From contig NC_042998.1 in NCBI RefSeq assembly GCF_006345805.1, positions 61,256,001 to 61,320,000 of the forward strand: a DNA stretch of 64,000 nucleotides. The letters run 5' to 3'. The notes below the pieces were generated by a model. That model was not told the DNA's origin. It ran no database searches and worked only from the letters and a program-made list of their open reading frames with translations. Origin of the DNA: Octopus sinensis. Taxonomy: Eukaryota. The position numbers and the translations under genes are program-made. Positions 1-14,253 of this stretch are shown here, one piece after another; the first letter of the stretch is position 1, and each line of letters opens with the position of its first letter.

Positions 1-1736
1 TACGATCTGTTGGCTAGGAGGAGATGTGCCAGGAAGTTAAACCCACAGACACACACACAGACAAACAAGTTGAGTTTCATATATATATAGATAATACATA
101 TTCTAATCTGAGACATTCTGGGAAGATACTCCGGCAAGAGATCATATCTCATATCAAACATCAGACTACCTTAAAAATGTGACATCTTCATAAGATGATA
201 AATCAACAAGAACTTCTGGATAACGATTCTGGAACCAAATGAAATTGTCTCTAACAAATTTTACCAATTGAAAACGTTTTTATTTGCAATTTGTTATTGA
301 ATCTCCTACATTAGAAAGCTGAAAATGAGGTTCTTATAAGTAATTTTGACTTTAATTATCAGATTCACAACATGATAATACATCATGAAACATCTCTGTT
401 GGTTCACAACTGATGGTCATTCAGTCTTATCATTCTCCACCTCTCCTTCAAATCACCATTTGTATCCTCATTTTCTCACAACTTTCACTCTCTGCATCCT
501 CAGTATTCTTCTGTCAACACTTCTCAACGTGTCCCCTTGAATGATAAAACACATCATAAGAGCAGTAAGAACTGTCAAATTTTATGGGATGCAAGAAAAA
601 CTGACCAATGCTAGTGCTCAAATTTACACAAAATGCTATAATTAATAATCTAAATATTTACCAATTAAGGACTTTCACAGCAACACTGACCAAATGATTT
701 CACAATTATATTTTCTAATGTTTGTTGAGATATTGTGATTGGGCCTCATACTTTACCAAGACCAACATTGATGTTCTAGTAAGTAACACTGATTGGTTTT
801 TGGATTCTCAAGATATTTGTAAATCATTAACCATCTCACAAATAAATTTGTCTTAGCTTCAAACATTTAGTCTTGGCATTCTCCACCTCTCTTTCAAGTC
901 ATTGTTCTTATCCTCATTTTCTTATAATTTCAGTCCCTGCATCCTCATCATTCTTCCGTTATCACAAAAAATTCTCACTTTCTCTATATGTCATCATGAT
1001 TGTAAAAACACATCAAAGAGCAATGAGAATTGTATAATATTATGAGATGCAAGACAACCTGACCAGTGCTAGCACTACGAGAAAATGACCCCAGTACACA
1101 CATGAATTTACACCTGTGTAGCAGGGTCTGACAGACAGAAACTGTCTTCGATGTTATTGTTAATATAAGAACAACATCAAAAGGAATATCTAATTCCATT
1201 CATGTCACCAAAGTTACACTACAAATTTTCACTGATGTTAATTAAGACCAACTAATTACAAACGCTCACAGAAATGATTATATATATATCTAAATAGTAT
1301 CATAAATATACAGAAATGTTTCACATGTGTTTCAGGAGACAATAACATCTAGACCTCATTGGACTGTAGAAGTCAATAATCCCAGTTTTTAGTAAAGTGG
1401 TTGTGTGCCCACGAAAAACAGTAGAATTACTTACACAGAAGGTAATAAAGTTTAAATCTGTTGGGTGAGAGTACAAGATGATGCTATGAGATAATAGGGT
1501 TCAATTTCAGACATACAAATGTAAATCAGTTAATAAATAATATCTGATTCATTATCATGTTAAAAGGTTTCATATGTAATACAAAAAAACACTGTCTGTC
1601 ATTGCAATAAAAGATATCTATACAAATTGTATATAATCTGACTAGAAAATAAGTGACTTTCATTACAGAGAATATGATTATGTCCCAGCATAGATCTCTT
1701 TTGCAGAATTTCCTTCTCCTCCTCATCCTTTCACAC

Positions 1737-1850
1737 CGCAACCGGCATCACCAGCACCACCGCCGCCGCCACCACCGCCACCGCCAGCACCACCACAAGG
1801 TCAAGCACCACCACCATCACCACAACCTCAACCACAACCACCAACACCAC

Positions 1851-1915
<65 letters not shown>

Positions 1916-2060
1916 ACATCATCATCATCATCATCATCATCATCAGCATCACCACCATCATCACCATCACCACCACAACGACGACGACGACCACCACGAC
2001 CACCACGACCACCACAACCACCACCATCATCATCATCATCATTATCATCAACATCATTGT
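1737..2060. repeat. Compound (CAC/CAT/GAC)n trinucleotide microsatellite at a unit boundary
   Basis: Directly visible. Shorter homologous tracts at ~9595, 12285-12447, 15405, 16120-16230 and 19225-19293. Confidence 0.95.
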
Positions 2061-2482
2061 TGCTTAATATCCGCATTCGATGCTGAGGTCTCACTGAAGG
2101 CTGGCAATCCTAAAGGCTGCAACAGGCTCCAATTTGATCTGATATGTACGCATATATATGTAAACATATATATATTTGTATACATATATATGCATATATA
2201 TACATATACATACATAGATATATCACAGTGAAAGTATTAACTCACATTACAATAGTGATTTTATTGTTTCACTTTTGACAAGTAATACTGAAATAGTGTT
2301 AGAAATAAGAGATTGCTCCAGGATCACATTAGGCAAGAAGTTGAAAATTGTTTGGCCCATGATACTGCATGGACATTAAGTAAGGCATGTGTGAAATTTG
2401 AATGAAATCATTTGGATAGTTCTAGAATTTTAGTGATGCAGAGAGACAAACATTTACACGCACAGATACATGCATTCTCAGT

Positions 2483-2525
<43 letters not shown>

Positions 2526-3123
2526 AGAGAGAGAGAGAGAGAGACTATCATACTCATTCTAGCCTGAGACATTCTGGGAAGATACTCCTGTAAGTGATGA
2601 TATCTCATATCACACATCAGACTACCGTAAATATCTGACATCTTCATAAGATGATAAATCAAGAAGACCTTGTGGAGGACGATTTTGTAAACAAATGAAA
2701 TTATCTTTAACAATTTTTACTAGTTAAAATCATTTTCAGTTTAGATTTGTTATTGAATCTCCTACATTAGATAGCTGAAAATGATGTTCTTATAAGTACT
2801 TTTGACTTTAATTGTCAGTTTCCAAAGATGTTAATACATCATTAATCATTTCTGTTGGTTCACAACTAACAGTCACTCAGTCTTGTCATTCTCCACCTCT
2901 CTTTCAAATCACCATTCTTATCCTCATTTTCTCACAACTTTCACTCCCTGCATCCTCAGTATTCTTCTGTCATCACTTCTCAACATGTCACCTTGAATGA
3001 ATAAACACATCATAAGAGCAGTAAGAACTGTCTAATTTCCTGGGATGCAAGAAAAACTGACAAATGCTAGTCCTCAAGGGAAAACTGATCGAAATCAATT
3101 TGGTACTTCAGTTTTATACTCAC

Positions 3124-3180
3124 CATGTGGATGTGATGTACTTTGACCTGTTGTACTTGGCTGTCCAAATCTATATATGT
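3124..3180 (-). CDS. Cassette exon E copy, 57 nt, xIYRFGQPSTTGQSTSHPH
   Basis: tatgaatttcag|...|gtgagtataaaa, no stop in phase 1. Confidence 0.55.
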
Positions 3181-3923
3181 CTGAAATTCATAATTTTAAG
3201 AGTTTTAATTTATAGTAAAATTTTCCAGCATTCACATTCACAAAAAAAGCTACAATTATTAATCTAAATTTTTACTTTTCATGAATATTCACAGCAACAC
3301 TGACCAAATGATATCGCAGTTAGACTTTCAAATATTTGTTGAGATTTTCTTATTGAGCCTCATACTTTACCAAAACCAACATTGATGTTCTATTAAGTAA
3401 CCCTGTCTTTGATGATGATGATGATGATGATGATCGTCATCATTATCATCGTCATCCTCATCATCATCATTGTTTTTTAATATCCAATTTCGATGCTGAG
3501 GTCTCACAGAATGCTGGCAAATCTAAAGGCTGCACCAGGCTCCAATCTGATCTGATATGCATGCATATATATGTAAACATTCTGTATTTGTATAAATATA
3601 TGCATATATATACATATACACACATAGATATATCACGGTGAAAGTATTAACTCACATTACAATAGTGATTTATTGTTTCACTTTTGACAGTAATACTGAA
3701 ATAGTGTAAGAGATAAGAGATTGATCCATGATCACATTAAGCAAGAAGTTGAAAATTTGTTTGGCTCATGATACTGTATGGACCTGAAGTAAGGCATGTG
3801 TGAAATTTGAATGAAATCATTTGGATAGTTCTAGAATTTTAGTGATGCAGACAGACAAACATTTACACGCACAGATACACTCATTCTCAGTTACATAAAT
3901 ATATATATATATATATATATATA

Positions 3924-3958
<35 letters not shown>

Positions 3959-6127
3959 GAGAGAGAAAGAGAGAGGGAGAGAGAGGAGAGCGACTATCAC
4001 TATCATAATTCTAGCCTGAGACATTCTGGGAAGATACTCCTGTAAGTGATGATATCTCATCATCATCAACATCATCATCATCATCATCATCATCATTATC
4101 ATCATTGTTGCTTAATATCCGCATTCGATCCTGAGGTCTCACTGAAGGCTGGCAAGCCTAAAGGCTGCACCAGGCTCCAATTTGATCTGATATGTATGCA
4201 TATATATGTAAACATATATATTTGTATACATATATATGCATATATATGCATATACATACATAGATATATCACAGTGAAAGTATTAACTCACATTACAATA
4301 GTGATTTATTGTTTCACTTTTCACAAATAATTGTACCTTAGCTTCAACCAGTCTGTCTTGGCATTCTCTACCTCTCTCTGAAGTCATTATTCTTATCCTC
4401 ATTTTCTTGTAACTTTCAGTCCCTGCATCCTCATTATTCTTCCGTCATCACTTAAACGTCTCACTTTCTCAACATGTCTTCATGATTGTAAAATCACATC
4501 AGAGAGCAACGAGATATGTATAATATTATGAGAGATGCAGACAACCTAACCAGTGCAAGCACTATGAGAAAATGGCCCCAGTACACACTTGAAAGTGATT
4601 GGTGAATGAGAGGAGACAGCTTAATTTTGAGTGGAACCTACAATGGAATTGTGGACATTGGAGTCTGGTACTGCACTCAGCTTGCCAGCTCTGGTCAAAC
4701 TCTCCAACTCATGCCAGCTTGGACACTGGATGTTATATGGTGATGATGATTGTTAATCTTATTATTGCCTGTGTTACATAGAACAGAAACAAAATCCTTT
4801 ATATAATGTTTGCTGTTAAGAAGAGTATCTTGTCATGTAAAATCCAGAGTATTTAAGTGAGATGTGTGTGTACCTGAAGCATTCAAAGTTGATGTTAACT
4901 CTGAATGAGAACAGATTTGGACATTGATGACCCATCTAATGGTTGGGAGCATGGATGCAGATGATGAATGATAATGACACTATCATTTATTATTTTGTAT
5001 TTATTATTTTGCCTCTTGCAGCCTGTATCTAATCTTTATGACTTGGAACTTACACCTGTGTAGAAGGGTCTGACTGACAGAAACTGTCGTGTAATGTTTT
5101 TGTTAATAATGAGAGCAACATCACAAGTAAAATCTAATACCATTGATGTTACCAACTTTATACTACATTTGTCACTGATATTAATTAAAACAAACTAATT
5201 ACAAAAGGTCACAGTAATGCTTTATAAAATATACCTAAATAGTATCATAACTATACAGAAATGTTTCACATATTGTTTCAGGACACAATAAATCTGGACA
5301 TTATTGGACTATTGAAGTCAATAATCCCAGTTTGTAGAGAAGTGGTTCTGTGCACAAGACAAACAGTAGAATTACTTACACAGATGGTAATAAGGTTTAA
5401 ATCTGTTGGGTGAGGGTAGAAGATGATGCCATGATAAAATCAGTTAAATTTCAGACATACAAATGTAAATCAGTTAATGAATAATATCTGATTCATTATC
5501 ATGTTAACAGGTGTATATGTAATACAAAAAAAACACTGTCTGACATTGCAATACTAGATATATATAAATTGTATATAATCTGACAAAAAAATAAGTGACT
5601 TTCATTAGAGTGAATATGATTATTTCTCAGCACAGATCTATATTGTAGACGTTCCATCAAAATCATCATCATCATCATTGTCATCGTCGTTTAATATCTG
5701 CTTTCTATGCTTAGGTCTGACTGATTTCTGGCAAGCGAGAAGACTGAACCAGGCTCCAATCTGATATGATATGTATGCATATACATGTAAACATACATAT
5801 ACATGCATACATATATATGCATATATATACAGACATATGCATACATAAATATATCACAGTGAAACTATTAACTCACATTACAATAGTGATTTTATTGTAT
5901 CACTTTTGACAAGTAATACTGAAATTGTGTTAGAGAGAAGAGATTGCTCCAGGAACACATTAGGCAAGAAGTTGAAAATTTGTTTGGCCCATGACACTGC
6001 ATGGACCTTAAGTAAGGCCTGTGTGAAAATTGAATGAAATCATGTGGGTAGTTCTCTAGTTTTAGTGATACACACATACAAACAGACAGACAGACACACA
6101 TTTACACTCACACTTACATGCATTCTT

Positions 6128-6545
6128 AGGCGCAGGAGTGGCTGTGTGGTAAGTAGCTTATCTACCAAACACATGGTTGTGGGTTCAGTCCCACTGCGTG
6201 GCAACTTGGGCAAGTGTCTTCTACTATAGCCTTGGGCCGACCAAAACCTTGTGAGTGGATTTGGTAGACGGAAACTGAAAGAAGACCATCGTATATATGT
6301 ATATATATGTATGCGAGTGTGTATTTGTTGTGTGTCTGTGTTTGTCCCCTAGCATTGCTTGACAACCGATGCTGGTGTGTTTATGTCCCCGTTACTTAGC
6401 GGTTCGGCAAAAGAGACCGATAGATAGAATAAGTACTGGGCTTACAAAAGAATAAGTCTCGGGGTCGAGTTGCTCGACTAAAGGCGGGTGCTCCAGCATG
6501 GCCGCAGTCAAATGACTGAAACAGGTAGAAGAATAAAAGAATAAA
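6128..6545 (+). mobile_element. tRNA-derived octopus-type SINE inserted in one array unit
   Basis: Head ggcgcaggagtggctgtgtggtaag...gggttcagtcccactgcgtggc, internal AT/GT tract, (gaataaaa)n tail. Absent at this site in sister units. Confidence 0.85.
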
Positions 6546-9500
6546 AAGAAAGAATAAAAAGAATATATATATATAGACTATAATACATATTCTAACCTGA
6601 AACATTCTGGGAAGATACTCCGGTGAGAGATGATATCTCATATCAAACATCAGAGTATGTAAATCTCTGACATCTTCATATGATTAAAAATCAAGAAGAA
6701 CTTCTGGAGAACAATTTTGTAAACAAAGGAAATTATCTTTAACAATTTTTACCACTTAAAAACCTTTCCAGTTGAGATTTGTTATTGAATCTCCTACATT
6801 AGAAAGCTGAGAATGATGTTCTTATAAGTACTTTTGACTTTAATTGTCAGTTTCCCAAGATGTTAATAACATCATTAATCATCTCTGTTGGTTCACAAAT
6901 GACAGTCACTCAGTCTTCTCATTCTCCACCTCTCTTTCAAATCACCATTCTTATCCTCGTTTCACTCCCTGCATCTTCATTATTTTTCTGTCATCACTTC
7001 TCAACGTGTCACCTTGAATGAAAGAACACATCATAAGAGCAGTAAGAACTGTCTAATTTCTGGCTGCAAGAAAAACTGACCAATGCTAGTCCCCAAGAGA
7101 AAACTTATAGAAATAGATTTGGTACTTCAGTTTTATACTCACCATCTCGCATTCATATCCATCCTCCATGTGTGAGTCTGAAATTCATAATTTCAAGTGT
7201 TATAATTTATAGTAAAATTTACCAGCATTCACATTCACACAAAAAGCTATAATTATTAATCTAAACTTTTACCAATTAAGGACATTCACAGCAACACTGA
7301 CCAAATGATTTCACAGTTATATTTTCTAATGATTGTTGAGATTTTGTGATTGAGCCTCAAACTTTACCAAGCCAACATTGATGTTCTAGTAAGTAACACT
7401 CCCTCTGATTATTGGATTCTCAAGATGTTAGTAAATCATTAACCATCTCACAAATAATTGTATCTTAGCTTCAACCATTCGGTCATGTCATTCTCCACCT
7501 CTCTTTCAAGTCATTGTTCTTATCCTCATTTTCTTGTAACATTCAGTCCCTGCATCCTCATTATTCTTCCGTTATCACTTAAACTTCTCACTTTCTCAAC
7601 ATGTCTTCATGATTGTAAAAACACATCAAAGAGCAATGAGAATTGTATAATATTATGAGATGCAAACAACCTGACCAGTGCTAGCACTATGAGGAAATGG
7701 CCCCAGTACACACTTGAAAGTGATTGGTAAATGAGAGGAGACAGCATAATTTTCTGTGGAACGTTCAATCTAATTGTGGACATTGGAGTCTGGTGCTGCC
7801 CCTGCTTGCCAGCTGTGGTCAAACTGTCCAACGCAGGCCAGCATGGACAATGGACGTAAAATGTTGATGATGATGACAATCTTATTAGTGCCTGTGTTAC
7901 AATAAAACATACCCAAGAAACTTTATAAAATGGTTGCTGTTAAGATGGTAACTTGTCAAAGAAAATCCAGAGTATTTACGAGAGATGTGTGGCTACCTCA
8001 AGCAGTCAAAGTGGATGTTAACTCTGAACAAGAACTGGCTTGGACATTGATGACCCATCTAATCGACGGGAGCATGGAAGCAGATGATGAATGATAATGA
8101 CATTATCATTATTTTTTTTGTATTTATTATTTTGCCTCTTTCAGCCTGTATCTAATCTTTATGACTTGGAACTAACACATGTGTAGCAGGGTCTGACTGA
8201 CAGAAACTGTCGTGTAATGTTTTTGTTAATAATGAGAGCAACATCACAATTAAAATCTAATCCCATTGATGTTACCAACTTTATACTACATTTGTCACTG
8301 ATATTAATTAAAACCAACTAATTACAAAAGGTCACAGTAATGCTTTATAAAATATACCTAAATAGTATCATAACTATACAGAAATGTTTCACATATTGTT
8401 TCAGGAAACAATAACATCTGGACATTATTGGACTATTGAAGTCAATAATAAGTTTCTAGAGAAGTGGTTCTGTGCACAAGACAAACAGTAGAATTACTTA
8501 CACAGAGGGTAATAAGGTTTAAATCTGTTGGGTGAGGGTACAAGATGATGCTGTTATACAATCAGGTTAAATTTCAGACATACAAATGTAAATCAATTAA
8601 TGAATAATATCCGATTCATTATCATGTTAACAGGTTGTATATGTAATACAAAAAAAAAAACACTGTCTTACATTGCAATACTAGATATTTATATAAATTG
8701 TATATAATCTGACTAAAAAATAAGTGACTTTCATTACAGTGAATATGATTATTTCTCAGCACAGATCTATATTCTCCACCTCTCATTGTTCTTATCCTCA
8801 TTTTCTTATAATTTCAGTCCCTGCATCCTCATCATTCTTCCGTTATCACATAAACTTCTCACTTTCTCAACAGGTCATCATGATTGTAAAACACATGAAA
8901 GAGCAATGAGAATTGTATAATATTGAGATGCAAAACAACCTGACCAGTGCTAGCGCTATGAGAAAATGGCCCCAGTACACACATGAACTTACACCTGTGT
9001 AGCAGGGTCTGACAGACAGAAACTGTCTTCGATGTTATTGTTAATATAAGAACAACATCAAAGGAATATCTAATTCCATTCATGTCACCAAAGTTACACT
9101 ACAAATTTCACTGATGTTATTAAGACCAACTAATTACAAATGGTCACAGAAATGATTTATATAATATATCTAAATAGAATCATAAATATACAGAAATGTT
9201 TCACATGTTGTTTCAGGAGACAATAACATCTAGACCTCATTGGACTATAGAAGTTAATAATCCCAGTTTGTAGAGAAGTGGTTGTGTGCCCACGAAAAAC
9301 AGTAGAATTACTTACACAGAAGGTAATAAGGTTTTAAATCGTTGGGTGAGAGTACAAGATGATGCTATGAGAAAATAGGGTTCAATTTCAGACATACAAA
9401 TGTAAATCAGTTAATAAATAATATCTGATTCATTACCATGTTAACAGGTTTCATATGTAATACAAAAAAACACTGTCTGTCATTGCAATAAAAGATATCT

Positions 9501-9657
9501 ATACAAATTGTATATAATCTGACTAGAAAAGAAGTGACTTTCATTACGGAGAATATGATTATGTCCCAGCACAGATCTCTATTGCAGAATATCCTCCTCC
9601 TCCTCCTCCTCCTCCTCATCCTTTAACACCACAACCATATGTATATATATGTATATA

Positions 9658-10473
9658 GGCTAATAGCAGTATTGCCCGGCTCGTGTGCTCTTGTGTTCTA
9701 TGCACGCGTGAATTAAGCTAAACTTGGATGAAGTTCAATCAAAATTCAATTATTTTGGTTTTAAAATCAAGCATTTTATACCCTTATGTGTTCTAATTCC
9801 TCAATAGGAAGTACGTAGAAGCGTTTTATAAATTTTTGTTGATCAAATAATTGCATTGTTGAATTATTCTTTTATATCAGTATTTCTCAACGGGGATTTC
9901 AAGGTAGAGATCCAGGAGCTGCTGGCGATGTATCGTGATAATCAAAAATCCAGCCTGCTAAAATTTGGTTAAAGGGATTCAAACTGCAGACTCAATGCAA
10001 AATGGTTACATTTAATTCAAAGCATTAAAAATGTTACGTAAACAATTGGTATGTGTTCACATAGTCCAAATGATTTATACGAAAATACCTACCAGGCTAT
10101 ATCCCGAAAAGCCATTTCTTTGCTGAATTCCTCTAATGTTTATGGCGATTCGTTTTTATATCTTGATTTTGGATTTTTCATGTATTTTACGCATGCTTGT
10201 ACGCGTGGTGAACACAGATTACGTCAAAAAGCTGACTGATTAAATTTCACTATTCAACGCATGGGATAAGGCGTAAACAAACGCATTATCGATTTTTGCA
10301 ATTGCGAGATGAATTTGGAACAAAAATAGCGCAGTTCAATTTTCATTCGCCTAAACCTTAAGTGACCCATTTTTGGTGGTTCTACGATCTGTTGGCTAGG
10401 AGGAGATGTGCCAGGAAGTTAAACCCACAGACAAACACACAGACAAACAAGTTGAGTTTCATATATATATAGA
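9658..10473. mobile_element. ~810-bp non-autonomous insertion, Helitron/Helentron-like, carried by type II units
   Basis: Block taatagcagtattgcccggc...gacaaacaagttgagtttcatatatatatagat is present at 9658-10473, 12803-13617, 16586-17402, truncated at 15470-15643, and as a 3' end at 1-90. It is absent from type I units. The class assignment rests on recalled terminal motifs only. Confidence 0.6.
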
Positions 10474-13400
10474 TAATACATATTCTAATCTGAGACATTC
10501 TGGGAAGATACTCCGGCAAGAGATCATATCTCATATCAAACATCAGACTACCTTAAAAATGTGACATCTTCATATCTTCATACGATGATAAATCAACAAG
10601 AACTTCTGGATAACGATTCTGGAACCAAATGAAATTGTCTCTAATAAATTTTACCAGTTGAAAACGTTTTTATTTGCAATTTGTTATTGAATCTCCTACA
10701 TTAGAAAGCTGAAAATGAGGTTCTTATAAGTAATTTTGACTTTAATTATCAGATTCACAAGATGTAATACATCATTAATCATCACTGTTGGTTCACAACT
10801 GATGGTCATTCTGTCTTATCATCTCCACCTCTCCTTCAAATCACCATTTGTATCCTCATTTTCTCACAACTTTCACTCCCTGCATCCTCAGTATTCTTCT
10901 GTCAACACTTCTCAAACGTGTCCCCTTGAATGATAAAACACATCATAAGAGCAGTAAGAACTGTCAAATTTTATGGGATGCAAGAAAAACTGACCAATGC
11001 TAGTGCTCAAAGGAAAAACTTATATAAATGAATTTGGTACTTCAGTTTTATATCACCATTTGACGGTGATGTTCTTTGACGGGGGTGCCCGGCTGTTCTT
11101 TTCTAGGCGGCAATTCTATGACTGAAATCATAATATGTAGTGTTATAATCTATAGTAAAATTTACCAGCATTCAAATTTACACAAAAATTCTATAATTAA
11201 TAATCTAAATATTTACCAATTAAGGACTTTCACAGCAAACACTGACAAAATGATTTCACAGTTATATTTTCTAATGTTTGTTGAGATTTTGTGATTGAGC
11301 CTCATACTTTACCAAGACCAACATTGATATTCTAGTAAGTAAAACTGTCTATGATCATTGGATTCTCAAGATATTTGTAAATCATTAACCATCTCACAAA
11401 TAAATTTGTCTTAGCTTCAACCATTTAGTCTTGGCATTCTCCACCTCTCTTTCAAGTCATTGTTCTTATCCTCATTTTCTTATAATTTCAGTCCCTGCAT
11501 CCTCATCATTCTTCCGTTATCACATAAAATTCTCACTTTCTCAATATGTCATCATGATTGTAAAAACACATGAAAGAGCAATGAGAATTGTATAATATTA
11601 TGTGATGCAAGACAACCTGACCAGTGCTAGCGCTATGAGAAAATGGCCCCAGTACACACATGAACTTACACCTGTGTAGCAGGGTCTGACAGACAGAAAC
11701 TGCCTTCGATGTTATTGTTAATATAAGAACAACATCAAAAGGAATATCTAATTCCATTCATGTCACCAAAGTTACACTACAAATTTTCACTGATGTTAAT
11801 TAAGACCAACTAATTACAAATGGTCAAGAAATGATTTATATAATATATCTAAATAGTATCATAAATATACAGAAATGTTTCACATGTTGTTTCAGGAGAC
11901 AATAACATCTAGAACTCATTGGACTATAGAAGTCAATAATCTCAGTTTGTAGAGAAGTGGTTGTGTGCCCACGAAAAACAGTAGAATTACTTACACAGAA
12001 GGTAATAAGGTTTAAATCTGTTGGGTGAGAGTACAAGATGATGCTATGAGAAAATAGGGTTCAATTTCAGACGTATAAATGTAAATCAGTTAATAAATAA
12101 TATCTGATTCATTACCATGTTAAAAGGTCTCAAATGTAATACAAAAAAACACTGTCTGTCATTGCAATAAAACATATATATACAAATTTTATATTATCTG
12201 ACGAGAAAATAAGTGACTTTCATTACAGAGAATATGATTATGTCCCAGCACAGATCTCTATTGCAGAATTTCCTTCTCCTCCTCATTCTTTAACACCACA
12301 ACCGCCATCACCACCACCACCGCCGCGGCCGCCGCCACCACCGCACCCGCCAGCACCACCACCGCACCCGCCAGCACCACCACCAGGACCAGCACCACCT
12401 CCACCGCCACCAGCACAACCACCACCACCATCACCATCATCATCATCGTTGTTTAATATCTGCTTTCCACGCTGAGGTGTGACTGAGGGCTGGGAAGCCT
12501 AAAGGCTGCACCAGGTTCCAATCTGATCTTATATGTATGCATATATATGCAAACATACATATACATGCACACGTATATGTGCATATATATTTACATACAT
12601 ATACATTCATAGATATATCACAGTGAAATTATTAACTCACATTAAAAAATGTATGGACCTTATGTAAGACATGCATTAAATTTGAATGAAATCAGTTGGG
12701 TAGTTCTGGAGTTTTAGTGTCGCACACATACAGACAGACTGACAAGCATTTACATGCACACATACATGCATTCTCAGTTATACACATACATATATGTATA
12801 TAGACTAATAGCAGTATTGCCCAGCTCGTGTGCTCTTGTGTTCTATGCACGCGCGAATTAAGCTAAACTTGGATGAAGTTCAATCAAAATTCAATTATTT
12901 TGGTTTTAAAATCAAGCATTTTATACCCTTATGTGTTCTATTTCCTCAATAGGAAGCACGTAGAAGCGTTTCATAAATTTTTGTTGATCAAATAATTGCA
13001 TTGTTGAATTATTCTTTTATATCAGTATTTCTCAACGGGGATTTCAGGGTAGAGATCCAGGAGCTGCTGGCAATGTATCATGATGATCAAAGATCCAGCC
13101 TGCTAAAATTTGGTTAAAGTGATTCAAACTGCAGACTCAATGCAAAATGGTTACATTTAATTCAAAGCATTAAAAATGTTATGTAAACAATTGGTATGTG
13201 TTCACATAGTCCAAATGATTTATACGAAAATACCCTCCAGGCTATTTCCCGAAAAGCCATTTCTTTGCTGAATTTCTCCAATGTTTATGGCGATTCGTTT
13301 TTATATCTTGATTTTTGATTTTTCATGCAATTTACGCATGCTTGCATGCGTGGTGAACACAGATCACGTCAAAATGCTGACTGATTAAAGTTCACTATTC

Positions 13401-14187
13401 AACGCATGGGATAAGGCCTAAACAAACACATTATCGATTTTTGCAATTGCGAGATGAATTTGGAACAGAAATAGCGCAGTTCAATTTACATTCGCCTAAA
13501 CTTTAAGTGACCCATTTTTGGTGGTTCTACGATCTGTTGGCTAGGAGATGTGCCAGGAAGTTAAACCCACAGACACACACACAGACAAACAAGTTGGAGT
13601 TTCATATATATATAGATAATACATATTCTAATCTGAGACTTCTGGGAAGATACTCCGGCAGAGATCATATCTCATATCAAACATCAGACTACCTTAAAAA
13701 TGTGACATCTTCATAAGATGATAAATCAACAAGAACTTGGGATAACGATTCTGGAACCAAATGAAATGTCTCTAACAAATTTTACCGTTGAATGAAAACG
13801 TTTTATTTGCAATTTGTTATTGAATCTCCTACATTAGAAAGCTGAAAATGAGGTTCTTATAAGGAATTTTGACTTTAATTATCAGATTCACAATATGATA
13901 ATACATCATAACATCTCTGTTGGTTCACAACTGATGGTCATTCAGTCTTATCATTCTCCCACTCTCCTTCAAATCACCATTTGTATCCTCATTTTCCACA
14001 AACTTTCACTCCTGCATCCTCAGTATTCTTCTGTCAACACTTCTCAACGTGTCCCCTTGAATGATAAAACACATCATAAGAGCAGTAAGAACTGTCAACT
14101 TTTATGGGATGCAAGAAAAACTGACCAATGCTAGTGCTCAAAGGAAAACTTATATAAATGAATTTGGTACTTCAGTTTAATACTCAC

Positions 14188-14253
14188 CATTTGACGGTGA
14201 TGTTCTTTGACGGGTTGTGGCCGGCCGTTCATTTCTAGGCGGCAATTCTCTGC
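14188..14253 (-). CDS. Cassette exon E copy, 66 nt, (G)RELPPRNERPATTRQRTSPSN
   Basis: Canonical AG and GTGAGT, 9 nt longer in frame. Sister copies at 11057-11121 (65 nt) and 17979-18044 (66 nt, donor reads TT). Confidence 0.5.

Noticed and set aside
729-790. Plus-strand exon candidate ending gttcta|gtaagt and plus-strand acceptor aatttcag
   Set aside because: The paralogous half of the unit and some copies lack the GT or AG, and the acceptor is a rare GAG. The minus-strand series is better supported, but this is not strictly excluded.
984-1199. Recurrent track ORFs in the array (MELDIPFDVV..., MYSHPTDL..., MSFSTSLSSH..., MCSHSPNDLY...)
   Set aside because: They recur only because the unit is repeated. 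Shared frameshifts and stops differ between copies, so they are not continuous coding exons, although parts overlap candidate micro-exons.
1150-1215. In-frame TGA before Cys-Cys (YSF*CCSY) as possible selenocysteine
   Set aside because: The frame is broken by 1-nt indels between lineages, and no SECIS evidence was seen.
1653-2231. 192-aa His-rich ORF and the antisense poly-Met/Val and poly-Asp ORFs
   Set aside because: They are translations of a triplet microsatellite whose length varies greatly between sister units, with no conserved coding context.
6128-6220. tRNA-like heads here and at 23985, 27582 and 41735 as tRNA genes
   Set aside because: They run straight into SINE cores and tails and lack a complete cloverleaf.
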